A stretch of 13,283 nt of DNA, taken from the UHGV virus genome UHGV-1611552; one strand, written 5' to 3'. Made by a program: the position numbers and the translations under genes. Positions 6,822-13,283 of this stretch are shown here, piece after piece. The first letter of the stretch is position 1, and every line of letters starts with the position of its first letter. This stretch comes from a virus. Under the pieces are notes generated by a model that was given only the letters and a program-made list of their open reading frames with translations, had not been told where the DNA came from and did no database searches.

Positions 6822-9379
6822 CGTCCACCTCCGGAGAACAGGCCACCATCACGCATCTGTGTCTGAATTTCATCACGGGCACCCTTGCGGGCCATGTCAT
6901 ACACTGCCTTCATCATCTGTGGACCTGGCAGACCATTCGTACCGTCGTTCTGAATCACCACGTTGTTGTTCTGCTCAAACCTGATACCCTCTGAACGCCG
7001 CATTTGCGCCGGACTTCCGGTGCCACCGACATAACCGCCGGTGGCATAGCCGCGCATCAGCCGGTAGAGATTTCCCACGCCAATCCGGCTGGTTGCCTCC
7101 TTCGTGAAGACAAATTCACCACGGTGAACAATCCCCGCTGGCTCATATTTGCCGCCGGTTCCCGTAAATCCTCCGGTTGCAAAATGGAATTTCGCCGCAG
7201 CGGCCTGAATGGCTGTACCGCCTGACGCGGATGCGCCGCCACCAACAGCCCCGCCAATAGCGCTGCCGATACTCCCGACAATCCCCACCATTGCCTGCTT
7301 AAGCAGAATTTCTGTCATCATGGACAGCACGGAACGGGTGAAGCTGCGCCAGTTCTGCTCACTGCCGGTCAGCATCGCCGCCATATTCTGTGCAATACCA
7401 TCAAAGGTCTGCGTGGCTGCACTTTTTACCTGCGACATACTGTCCGTGGCGCTCTCTTCCCACTCACTCCAGCCGGACTTCAGGCCTGCCATCCAGTTCC
7501 CGCGAAGCTGGTCTTCAGCCGCCCAGGTCTTTTTCTGCTCTGACATGACGTTATTCAGCGCCAGAGGATTATCGCCATACTGTTCCTTCAGGCGCTGTTC
7601 CATGGCTTCCCGCGCTGCCTGCCGGTCAGTCAGCCCCCGGTTTTTTGCATCAATGGCGGCCCGTTTTGCCCGTTGTTGCTGTGCGAATTTATCCGCCTGC
7701 TGTGCCAGCGCGTTCAGGTGCTCCTGATAGGTGACCTTGTCGCCAAGTACAGCCAGCTGGCGTTTGTACTCCAGCGTCTCGTCTTTATGCGCCAGCAGGG
7801 ATTTCTCCTGTGCGGACAGCTGGCGACGTTGTGCCGCCTCCTCCAGTACCGCGAACTGACTTTCTGCCTTCCACAAATCCCGGCGCTGCTGGCTGATTTT
7901 CTCATTCGCTCCGGCATGCTTCTCCAGCATCCGGAGTTCTGCCTGAAGCGTCAGCAGGACAGCATGAGCACTGTCTTCCTGACGATCGCCCGCAGACACC
8001 TTCACGCCGGACTGTTTCGGCTTTTTCAGCGTCGCTTCATAGTCCTTTTTCGCCGCCGCCATCAGCGTGTTGTAATCTGCCTGCAGGATTTTCCCGTCTT
8101 TCAGTGCCTTATTCAGTTCTTCCTGACGGGCGGTATATTTCTCCAGCGGCGTCTGCAGGCGTTCGTAAGCCTTCTGCGCCTCTTCGGTATATTTCAGCCG
8201 TGACGCTTCGGTATCGCTCTGCTGCTGCGCATTTTTGTCCTGTTGACTCTGCTGCTCAGCCTTCTTTCGGGCGGCTTCAAGCGCAAGACGGGCCTTTTCA
8301 CGATCATCCCAGTAACGCGCCCGCGCTTCATCGTTAACAAAATAATCATCCTTGCGCAGATTCCAGATATCGTCCGCTTTCTTAAACGCGGCCTCTGCCT
8401 TAATCAGCATCTCCTGCGCGGTATCAGGACGACCAATATCCAGCACCGCATCCCACATGGATTTGAATGCCCGTGCTGTCCTGTCTGCCCAGGTTTCCAG
8501 CGTGCCCATGTTCTCTTTCAGGCGGCGGGTCTGGTCATCAAACCCTTTCGTCGCGGCCTCGTTCGCCGCCTGCAATGCCCCGGCTTCATCGCCGGAACGC
8601 TGCAACTGAGCAACATACGCAATCTGCTCCGCCGTCACGTTATGGAACTGGCGTGCCATCGCCGTCAGCCCCGACGTCGGGTCTGTGGTCAGCTTCCCGA
8701 AGGCTTCAGCGACCTTGTCCACCTCCACGCCGGATGCAGAGGAGAAACGCGCCACACTCTGGCTGATGGACGCAATCTGAGCCTCACCGCTTACTCCCGC
8801 CTTAACCAGTGCGCTGAGTGACTCGCTGGTCTGGTTAAACGTCAGCCCTGCCGCCTGCCCGGCTCTGGACAGGACCAGCATACGATCTGCCGTCAGTCCC
8901 GCCTGATTGCCGGAAAGGACCAGCGTTTTGTTGAAATCGGACAGGGTTGAGTTGCCCTGATACCAGGCATACGCCAGCGCTCCGGTCGCCACCGCCAGCG
9001 AGGTGGCCCCCACCATCGGCAGGGTGATCGCACCGGCAAGCCCCCTGAACATGGGGATCATCCCGCCGAAGGAGTCCTTAACCTGACCACCCTGTTGCAG
9101 CAGGATCAGCCACGGACTTTGCCCGCCTGCAAGCTGCGTGGCCACGTCAGTGAACTGCGCAGGCAGCATACGCATGGCGGCTTTATACTGCCCGACGGAA
9201 ATCCCCGCTTTCTGTGCAGCCAGCGCCTGTCGGCTCAGCGACTGTTCAACGACTGCCGCTGTTTTTTTCGCATCACTTTCCGTACCGGAAAAATGACGCC
9301 TGACTCTGGCCATCTGCTCGTCAAATCTGGCCGCATCCAGACTCAAATCAACGACCAGATCGCCTACCGGTTCAGCCAT
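6818..9379 (-). CDS. H: Tail tape measure protein H, 853 aa
   Basis: ATG at 9379..9377, TGA at 6820..6818. 853 aa equals the lambda gpH length. Long charged, coiled-coil-like central region (...EAARKKAEQQSQQDKNAQQQSDTEASRLKYTEEAQKAYERLQ...), hydrophobic N-proximal segment and Gly-rich C-proximal segment. Start overlaps the end of G-T by 8 nt (ATGGCTGA), as in lambda. Confidence 0.95.
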   Translation of the reverse strand: MAEPVGDLVVDLSLDAARFDEQMARVRRHFSGTESDAKKTAAVVEQSLSRQALAAQKAGISVGQYKAAMRMLPAQFTDVATQLAGGQSPWLILLQQGGQVKDSFGGMIPMFRGLAGAITLPMVGATSLAVATGALAYAWYQGNSTLSDFNKTLVLSGNQAGLTADRMLVLSRAGQAAGLTFNQTSESLSALVKAGVSGEAQIASISQSVARFSSASGVEVDKVAEAFGKLTTDPTSGLTAMARQFHNVTAEQIAYVAQLQRSGDEAGALQAANEAATKGFDDQTRRLKENMGTLETWADRTARAFKSMWDAVLDIGRPDTAQEMLIKAEAAFKKADDIWNLRKDDYFVNDEARARYWDDREKARLALEAARKKAEQQSQQDKNAQQQSDTEASRLKYTEEAQKAYERLQTPLEKYTARQEELNKALKDGKILQADYNTLMAAAKKDYEATLKKPKQSGVKVSAGDRQEDSAHAVLLTLQAELRMLEKHAGANEKISQQRRDLWKAESQFAVLEEAAQRRQLSAQEKSLLAHKDETLEYKRQLAVLGDKVTYQEHLNALAQQADKFAQQQRAKRAAIDAKNRGLTDRQAAREAMEQRLKEQYGDNPLALNNVMSEQKKTWAAEDQLRGNWMAGLKSGWSEWEESATDSMSQVKSAATQTFDGIAQNMAAMLTGSEQNWRSFTRSVLSMMTEILLKQAMVGIVGSIGSAIGGAVGGGASASGGTAIQAAAAKFHFATGGFTGTGGKYEPAGIVHRGEFVFTKEATSRIGVGNLYRLMRGYATGGYVGGTGSPAQMRRSEGIRFEQNNNVVIQNDGTNGLPGPQMMKAVYDMARKGARDEIQTQMRDGGLFSGGGR

Positions 9380-10210
9380 ACCGGACTCCTCCTGCGATCC
9401 CTTCTGATACTGTCATCAGCATTACGTCATCCTCCGTCATGTCCGCCACATCCGGGGAAGTAGGGATAACTTCATTCCCGTCCGGGCCAAAGCGGACACC
9501 TCCGGCAAGCCCTGCCGCTTTCTGCATCAGCACATCATCTTCAGGCTCTTCGTCAGCCTCGCGCCGGTTCAGCAGACTGAAATCCAGCGGATGCATATCC
9601 GGATCGCTGAAAAACAGGCTGAGCACGGTGTACGTCAGCCCGGAAAAGTGCATATCCAGCAGAACATCATGAAAATAATGGGTACTGTAAAAGCGGTGCC
9701 AGTCGGCATACTCCGTGGATGACATCCCGGCAAGCATGGCACGCCAGTCGGGTCGCCCCATCTCACGCGCCAGTTTCAGGGCAAAACTCAGCTCACCGTC
9801 GAACACTTTCCCGCAGAAACAGGCTCTGCAGGCCCGGCGTCCTCTGCCTGTTCAGGTGCATCATTCACCACAAACTCATACATACCGGACAGCCGGTACA
9901 CCACGTTTTCAGCATGAGAAATTGCCTCCGTGGGCCAGGTGGTAAGCACTTCCTGCTCAATCTGTTTAACGGCTTCATTCATGGACGGCAGCTTTGTCTT
10001 CTGCGGATGGTTATGCCACAGGGACATCGCCACCAGAAACGCGCCGGTTCTGATGGCGTCTTCCACAGTAAACTTCCGGTTGCTGTCTGACTCCGCCTGT
10101 TCTGCCTGCCGTTTCATCAGGGCGAGATGCTCAATACGCTGCAGGGCTGACAGTTCAGAAAACGTGACGGTCACACCGTTATGTTCAAATGATTCGGTTT
10201 TCAGGAACAT
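9372..10210 (-). CDS. T: Tail assembly chaperone G-T fusion made by -1 programmed ribosomal frameshift
   Basis: Slippery heptamer G_GGA_AAG lies in the G frame at minus 9812..9806 (G codons 134-135, Gly-Lys). The -1 frame is open from the very next codon (GTG at 9806..9804) to TGA at 9374..9372, giving ...SAGK/VFDGELSFALKLAREMGRPDW.... Layout identical to the lambda G/GT recoding site. Confidence 0.85.
9788..10210 (-). CDS. G: Tail assembly chaperone G, 140 aa
   Basis: ATG at 10210..10208 with GGAGAG SD; TGA at 9790..9788. MFLKTESFEHNGVTVTFSELSALQRIEHLALMKRQAEQ...; length matches lambda gpG. Confidence 0.9.
   Translation of the reverse strand: MFLKTESFEHNGVTVTFSELSALQRIEHLALMKRQAEQAESDSNRKFTVEDAIRTGAFLVAMSLWHNHPQKTKLPSMNEAVKQIEQEVLTTWPTEAISHAENVVYRLSGMYEFVVNDAPEQAEDAGPAEPVSAGKCSTVS
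9806..9812 (-). promoter_or_regulatory. -1 ribosomal frameshift slippery site GGGAAAG (G to G-T)
   Basis: Plus-strand CTTTCCC at 9806..9812 is GGGAAAG on the minus strand, in X_XXY_YYZ register with the G reading frame, 7 codons before the G stop. Confidence 0.85.
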
Positions 10211-10225
10211 CGCTGACTCTCCGGA

Positions 10226-10966
10226 TTAACTGGCGGTGACGGTAATTTCTGCAACCGCAGCAAGTTCACCATTACCGGATACAACCGGAATGTTGACCTT
10301 GCCTGCAGCAACACCTTTCACGGTGATGGTCATACCACTGACCGACACGGTGGCTTTTGTTTTATCCGCAGACACCGCACGGAAGCTCTTGTCGGTTGCG
10401 CCTTCCGGCTGGAATGCCACGGTCAGCGTGGTGCTCTGCCCTTTCACCACCGAAGTGCTGGCAGGCGTCACGGTCATGCCGGTTGCCGCTGTTACCGTGC
10501 TGCGATCTTCTGCCATTGACGGACGTCCCACGTTGGTGACTTTCACCGTGCGGGTGATCACTTCCTTCGCCGTCACCGCTTTACCGATACTGCTGACCCA
10601 GCCACGGAACACATCGACCGTGCCGTTCGGGAAGCGGATTTTATAGGCACGGGTATCACCTTCATTAAACCACGCCAGCAGCGCCTGCTGCCCCTGCTCT
10701 CCGGGCATCCACGCCAGCGTGAAGCTGGTATCTCCGGCGGATTTCTGCCCCTGCCCGGTCGCAGTCCAGTCTGCATCTTCATCATCGAGATAGCTGTCGT
10801 CATAGGACTCAGCGGTCAGTTCGCCGGGCGTCAGGTCTTTAACTTTTGCCAGACGCGACCAGTCAACGTCTGAAAGCGGATTCGCATAAGGGTCACCGCT
10901 CCCCTTATAAACCCACAGGGTGGTCCCGGCACCTTTCACCGGCATTGTAGGATTTGGTACAGGCAT
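10226..10966 (-). CDS. V: Major tail tube protein V, 246 aa (C-terminal Ig-like domain)
   Basis: ATG at 10966..10964 with GAGGA SD 4 nt upstream, 7 nt after the U stop; TAA at 10228..10226. [36 protein letters not shown]... matches lambda gpV as recalled. An upstream in-frame ATG at 10996 overlaps U and is considered less likely. Confidence 0.9.
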   Translation of the reverse strand: MPVPNPTMPVKGAGTTLWVYKGSGDPYANPLSDVDWSRLAKVKDLTPGELTAESYDDSYLDDEDADWTATGQGQKSAGDTSFTLAWMPGEQGQQALLAWFNEGDTRAYKIRFPNGTVDVFRGWVSSIGKAVTAKEVITRTVKVTNVGRPSMAEDRSTVTAATGMTVTPASTSVVKGQSTTLTVAFQPEGATDKSFRAVSADKTKATVSVSGMTITVKGVAAGKVNIPVVSGNGELAAVAEITVTAS

Positions 10967-10973
10967 AGCGTCC

Positions 10974-11369
10974 TCACATTTCATAGGTAATGACATAAGT
11001 CAGATCGGCTGAACTCCACAGGCCCGCATCATCGTCGCGCCGGTAGTCATAGCCGCTGGCCACCATACTGGTGATCAAATCTGACAGTGCCGGGATATCG
11101 CTCATCACCGGATAAATCCGGGACTCCATCCACGCATCCAGCTCTGAATCCGGCACCTGAGCAGGCAGGAAAACTTCGATATGCAGCTCCGCCTGCCAGG
11201 TATCGCTGTCCAGCTCTTCGCCCGTGTATTCAGCGCCGGTGAGATAAACGGCAACTGCCGGAAAATCCGCCTCATCAAAAACAGCGGGGCGACCATCAAA
11301 AAGCGTCGCCCCGGTGTCATGCTTCTCCAGTGCATCCAGTACGGCTGCACGGAGTTCAGTATGTTTCAT
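10974..11369 (-). CDS. U: Tail tube terminator protein U, 131 aa
   Basis: ATG at 11369..11367 overlapping the Z stop (ATGA); TGA at 10976..10974. [36 protein letters not shown]...; length matches lambda gpU. Confidence 0.9.
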   Translation of the reverse strand: MKHTELRAAVLDALEKHDTGATLFDGRPAVFDEADFPAVAVYLTGAEYTGEELDSDTWQAELHIEVFLPAQVPDSELDAWMESRIYPVMSDIPALSDLITSMVASGYDYRRDDDAGLWSSADLTYVITYEM

Positions 11370-11944
11370 CGCTTTATTACCATCCTCAGTTGATGCTGCA
11401 GCGCATAGCCCAGCTCTTTCGGAAGACGTTCACGCCGTATCCGCTCAATATTTTGTTTAAACGCCGTGGTCAGCGGCACCGCCATCGGGATTTTCACTAC
11501 ATCAATGGGGTAACGGTTTTTCCCGGCCACACGCTGCATAACATGCCACCGGCCGTTTTTCAGTTGCTGAATAAACGCGCCGGGAATACGACGGTTTCCC
11601 ACCACAAGCACGCTGCCGCCACCTTTCAGGGCTGAACGCTGCCCCTTTTTACGACGCCTGCGTCGGGACAGGACAACCCGCGCGTTACCCAGCCTGATTA
11701 CGGGCAAATCCCCCCGGTTAACTTTGATTCTGGCCTGCGGATTTTTGACCGTGGCCCTTTTCAGCCTGGCCCTTTCCTTTACCAGTTTCCGGCGTACCTT
11801 TGTCTCACGGGCAACCTGTGACGCCGACTGCGATATCGCGGATGAAGCAACGCGGTTAATGGCCATTGCGGCGGCACCAGGCACCGCCGTTTTGCTGATA
11901 CGGCTGAGGTTTTCAACGGCCTGCTCAAGACCTTTTATGGCCAT
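11366..11944 (-). CDS. Z: Tail completion protein Z, 192 aa
   Basis: ATG at 11944..11942, TGA at 11368..11366. Basic, Arg/Lys-rich protein MAIKGLEQAVENLSRISKTAVPGAAAMAINRVASS...; length and position match lambda gpZ. Confidence 0.9.
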   Translation of the reverse strand: MAIKGLEQAVENLSRISKTAVPGAAAMAINRVASSAISQSASQVARETKVRRKLVKERARLKRATVKNPQARIKVNRGDLPVIRLGNARVVLSRRRRRKKGQRSALKGGGSVLVVGNRRIPGAFIQQLKNGRWHVMQRVAGKNRYPIDVVKIPMAVPLTTAFKQNIERIRRERLPKELGYALQHQLRMVIKR

Positions 11945-11955
11945 ACATCCCCCTT

Positions 11956-12309
11956 TCAGCGGCGACGGTTAACGGCAGGCGGTACCCCCCGCCCAAGCCA
12001 GAGATGACAGCTTCCGCCATCATCCGGCGTAACCCGATCTACCCAGAAGTTTTCCTCACCGATGGTCAGCGTGTCTCCACGCCGCAGCTGCCGCACATCA
12101 TCAGTCCGGACAAACAGGGACGGGCTGGAGCCTTCAACGCGCACGCCCTGTCCGGCATAGCTGATATTTTCAGGGTCATCAAAAACACCACGTATTACTG
12201 CGCCGGACTGCTCACCGGATGTCATGGTGGCTGACGTTCCCATGTACCCGCGTATCGTTTCATCGGCGCGGGCAATGGCAGCATCGAACAGGTTATCGAA
12301 ATCAGCCAC
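11956..12309 (-). CDS. FII: Head-tail joining protein FII, 117 aa
   Basis: The first codon at 12309..12307 reads GTG on the minus strand, preceded by GGGAGG SD 4 nt upstream. MADFDNLFDAAIARADETIRGYMGTSATMTSGEQ...; length matches lambda gpFII. Confidence 0.9.
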   Translation of the reverse strand: MADFDNLFDAAIARADETIRGYMGTSATMTSGEQSGAVIRGVFDDPENISYAGQGVRVEGSSPSLFVRTDDVRQLRRGDTLTIGEENFWVDRVTPDDGGSCHLWLGRGVPPAVNRRR

Positions 12310-12320
12310 AGCGCCTCCCG

Positions 12321-12716
12321 TTATTGCATTCTGGCCAGGCCGCGCTCTGTCATTTCAGCTGCCACACCGGCAGAGACACGGAACGCCGTTCCCGGCAGCA
12401 CAAATGCCACAGCCTCATCCCGCGTGGCGTGAAGTGCATCAGTATGCAGCGTCACCAGTGCCACAACCGTGACCAGAGCAGCCGTATCAGTCACGGTATC
12501 CGTCTGCGCTGATACCACCTCATTTTCATGTCCGGTCAGCGCATTTTCCGGGCTGACAGATGTGTCCTGACCGGCAGCGTCATCCGTGTCATCAAGCTCC
12601 TCTTCCAGCTCTGCCACACGGAGCGCCAGTTCTTCTTTCGTCCCCGTCAGGCTGACATCACGGTTCAGTTGCTCACCCAGCACCTGAAGACGGGCAATCA
12701 GTTCATCTTTCGTCAT
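12321..12716 (-). CDS. FI: DNA packaging / head assembly protein FI, 131 aa from the ATG chosen here (132 aa recalled for lambda)
   Basis: ATG at 12716..12714 with GGAGGA SD, giving MTKDELIARLQVLGEQLNRDVSLTGTKEELALRVAELEEELDD.... TAA at 12323..12321. The ORF-track start at 12755 lies inside a hairpin and 2 nt after the E stop, so the downstream ATG, whose position relative to the E stop matches lambda, is preferred. Confidence 0.85.
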   Translation of the reverse strand: MTKDELIARLQVLGEQLNRDVSLTGTKEELALRVAELEEELDDTDDAAGQDTSVSPENALTGHENEVVSAQTDTVTDTAALVTVVALVTLHTDALHATRDEAVAFVLPGTAFRVSAGVAAEMTERGLARMQ

Positions 12717-12737
12717 GGACTCCTCCACAGAGAGAAA

Positions 12738-12755
12738 ATGGCCCCGAAGGGCCAT
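12738..12755 (-). other. Perfect hairpin with UUCG tetraloop between E and FI
   Basis: On the minus strand: ATGGCCC-TTCG-GGGCCAT (7 bp stem, UUCG loop), beginning 2 nt after the E stop codon and followed by TTTCTCTCT, then the FI SD and ATG. Confidence 0.55.
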
Positions 12756-12757
12756 GA

Positions 12758-13283
12758 TTACGCCAGTTGAACGGACACGAACTCATCAGGATCAGCCAGC
12801 AGCATCAGCGGTGCTGACTGAATCATGGTGAACTCTCGCGCCGGATCGCCGGATGTCTTCCAGTTTTTCGGATAACGGGGAGACGCATTAATACCCTCAC
12901 TCAATGCATCCGCATCCTGAATACAGCCATAGGTGCGCAGACCGCGTGCATGAGTGTTACCCAGCACCATCGTGTTGTCCGGCAGGAAGTTCTTTTTGAC
13001 GCCGTTTTCCACGTACTGTCCGGAATACACGACGATGGCCACATCGCCATACATTCCCTTATAAGACACCGCTTTGCCCAGGTCTTTTACCGCTGTCTCC
13101 AGTTCGGAATGAGAGCCGCGACGGGTATCCAGCTTCTCCCTGACGGCTTTGAAGGAACGGAACAGCGCCCAGCCTTTCGGGTCAAACACGATGATATTCA
13201 CCACGCCGCTGGCGTTCAGCGCGTAGGCTTCGATATCGTCGGTCGGGTCATACGTGGACTTGTCACGCTTGCTCCACTCCGTG
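12758..13283 (-). CDS. E: Major capsid protein E, C-terminal portion (N-terminus lies beyond the window end)
   Basis: Frame is open from the window edge at 13283 to TAA at 12760..12758. Hand translation of the edge gives ...TEWSKRDKSTYDPTDDIEAYALNASGVNIIVFDPKGWALFRSFKAVREKLDTRRGSHSELETAV...SVQLA, consistent with lambda gpE as recalled. The ORF-track start at 13204 is a GTG inside the gene, not the true start. Confidence 0.9.
   Translation of the reverse strand, partial: TEWSKRDKSTYDPTDDIEAYALNASGVVNIIVFDPKGWALFRSFKAVREKLDTRRGSHSELETAVKDLGKAVSYKGMYGDVAIVVYSGQYVENGVKKNFLPDNTMVLGNTHARGLRTYGCIQDADALSEGINASPRYPKNWKTSGDPAREFTMIQSAPLMLLADPDEFVSVQLA

Noticed and set aside
10967-10996. Upstream ATG (10996) giving a 256 aa V
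   Set aside because: It would overlap the 3' end of U by 23 nt and lacks an SD. The ATG at 10966 has a GAGGA SD and gives the lambda N-terminus MPVPNPT.
1155-11350. Internal minus-strand ORFs in alternative frames (1155..1433, 4488..4721, 5174..5410, 5865..6053, 7057..7281, 7714..7917, 10573..10803, 11105..11350)
   Set aside because: Nested out-of-frame inside J, I, K, L, H, V and U. No SD or conservation argument supports them; they look like chance ORFs. The genuine I-in-K overlap is treated separately.
12717-12755. Upstream ATG (12755) giving a 144 aa FI
   Set aside because: That ATG is part of the stem of the UUCG hairpin and lies 2 nt after the E stop with no SD. The ATG at 12716 has a GGAGGA SD and matches the lambda FI N-terminus MTKDELIARL.
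411-12770. All other plus-strand ORFs in the track (for example 411..668, 5710..6594, 7209..7727, 8243..8821, 9719..10090, 12528..12770)
   Set aside because: Each is fully contained antisense within a lambda-like structural gene. The minus-strand genes tile the window with overlaps or short spacers, leaving no room for independent plus-strand genes.
1-13283. CRISPR arrays, tRNA or rRNA genes, integrase, transposase, toxin-antitoxin or other defence-system genes
   Set aside because: No regularly spaced direct repeats, no tRNA-like cloverleaf candidates, and no unassigned coding capacity. The entire window is accounted for by lambda-like head and tail genes plus lom.

Overview
This window is the tail-morphogenesis half of a lambda-like (lambdoid, siphovirus) prophage or phage late operon, read entirely on the minus strand. 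Gene order and spacing match phage lambda: E (major capsid, 3' part only) - FI - FII - Z - U - V - G/G-T - H - M - L - K - I - J - lom - stf (5' part only). Gene boundaries were checked by hand against the sequence; protein identities and lambda lengths are from memory of the lambda proteins, as no database search was possible. Most proteins look essentially lambda-identical, but the distal part of J and the whole of lom appear divergent from lambda, suggesting a mosaic replacement of the host-range/moron segment. I found no CRISPR array, tRNA, rRNA, integrase, transposase or recognisable defence system, and every plus-strand ORF in the track lies antisense to a well-supported minus-strand gene. 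The points most worth a second look are the overlapping K-I pair (a JAB + NlpC/P60 protein beside a ubiquitin-like protein with an internal Gly-Gly), the G-T programmed frameshift site, the terminator-bracketed lom moron, the divergent J distal region, and two hairpins inside the late operon. I do not see an undescribed system here; this is a canonical, well-understood structural module.
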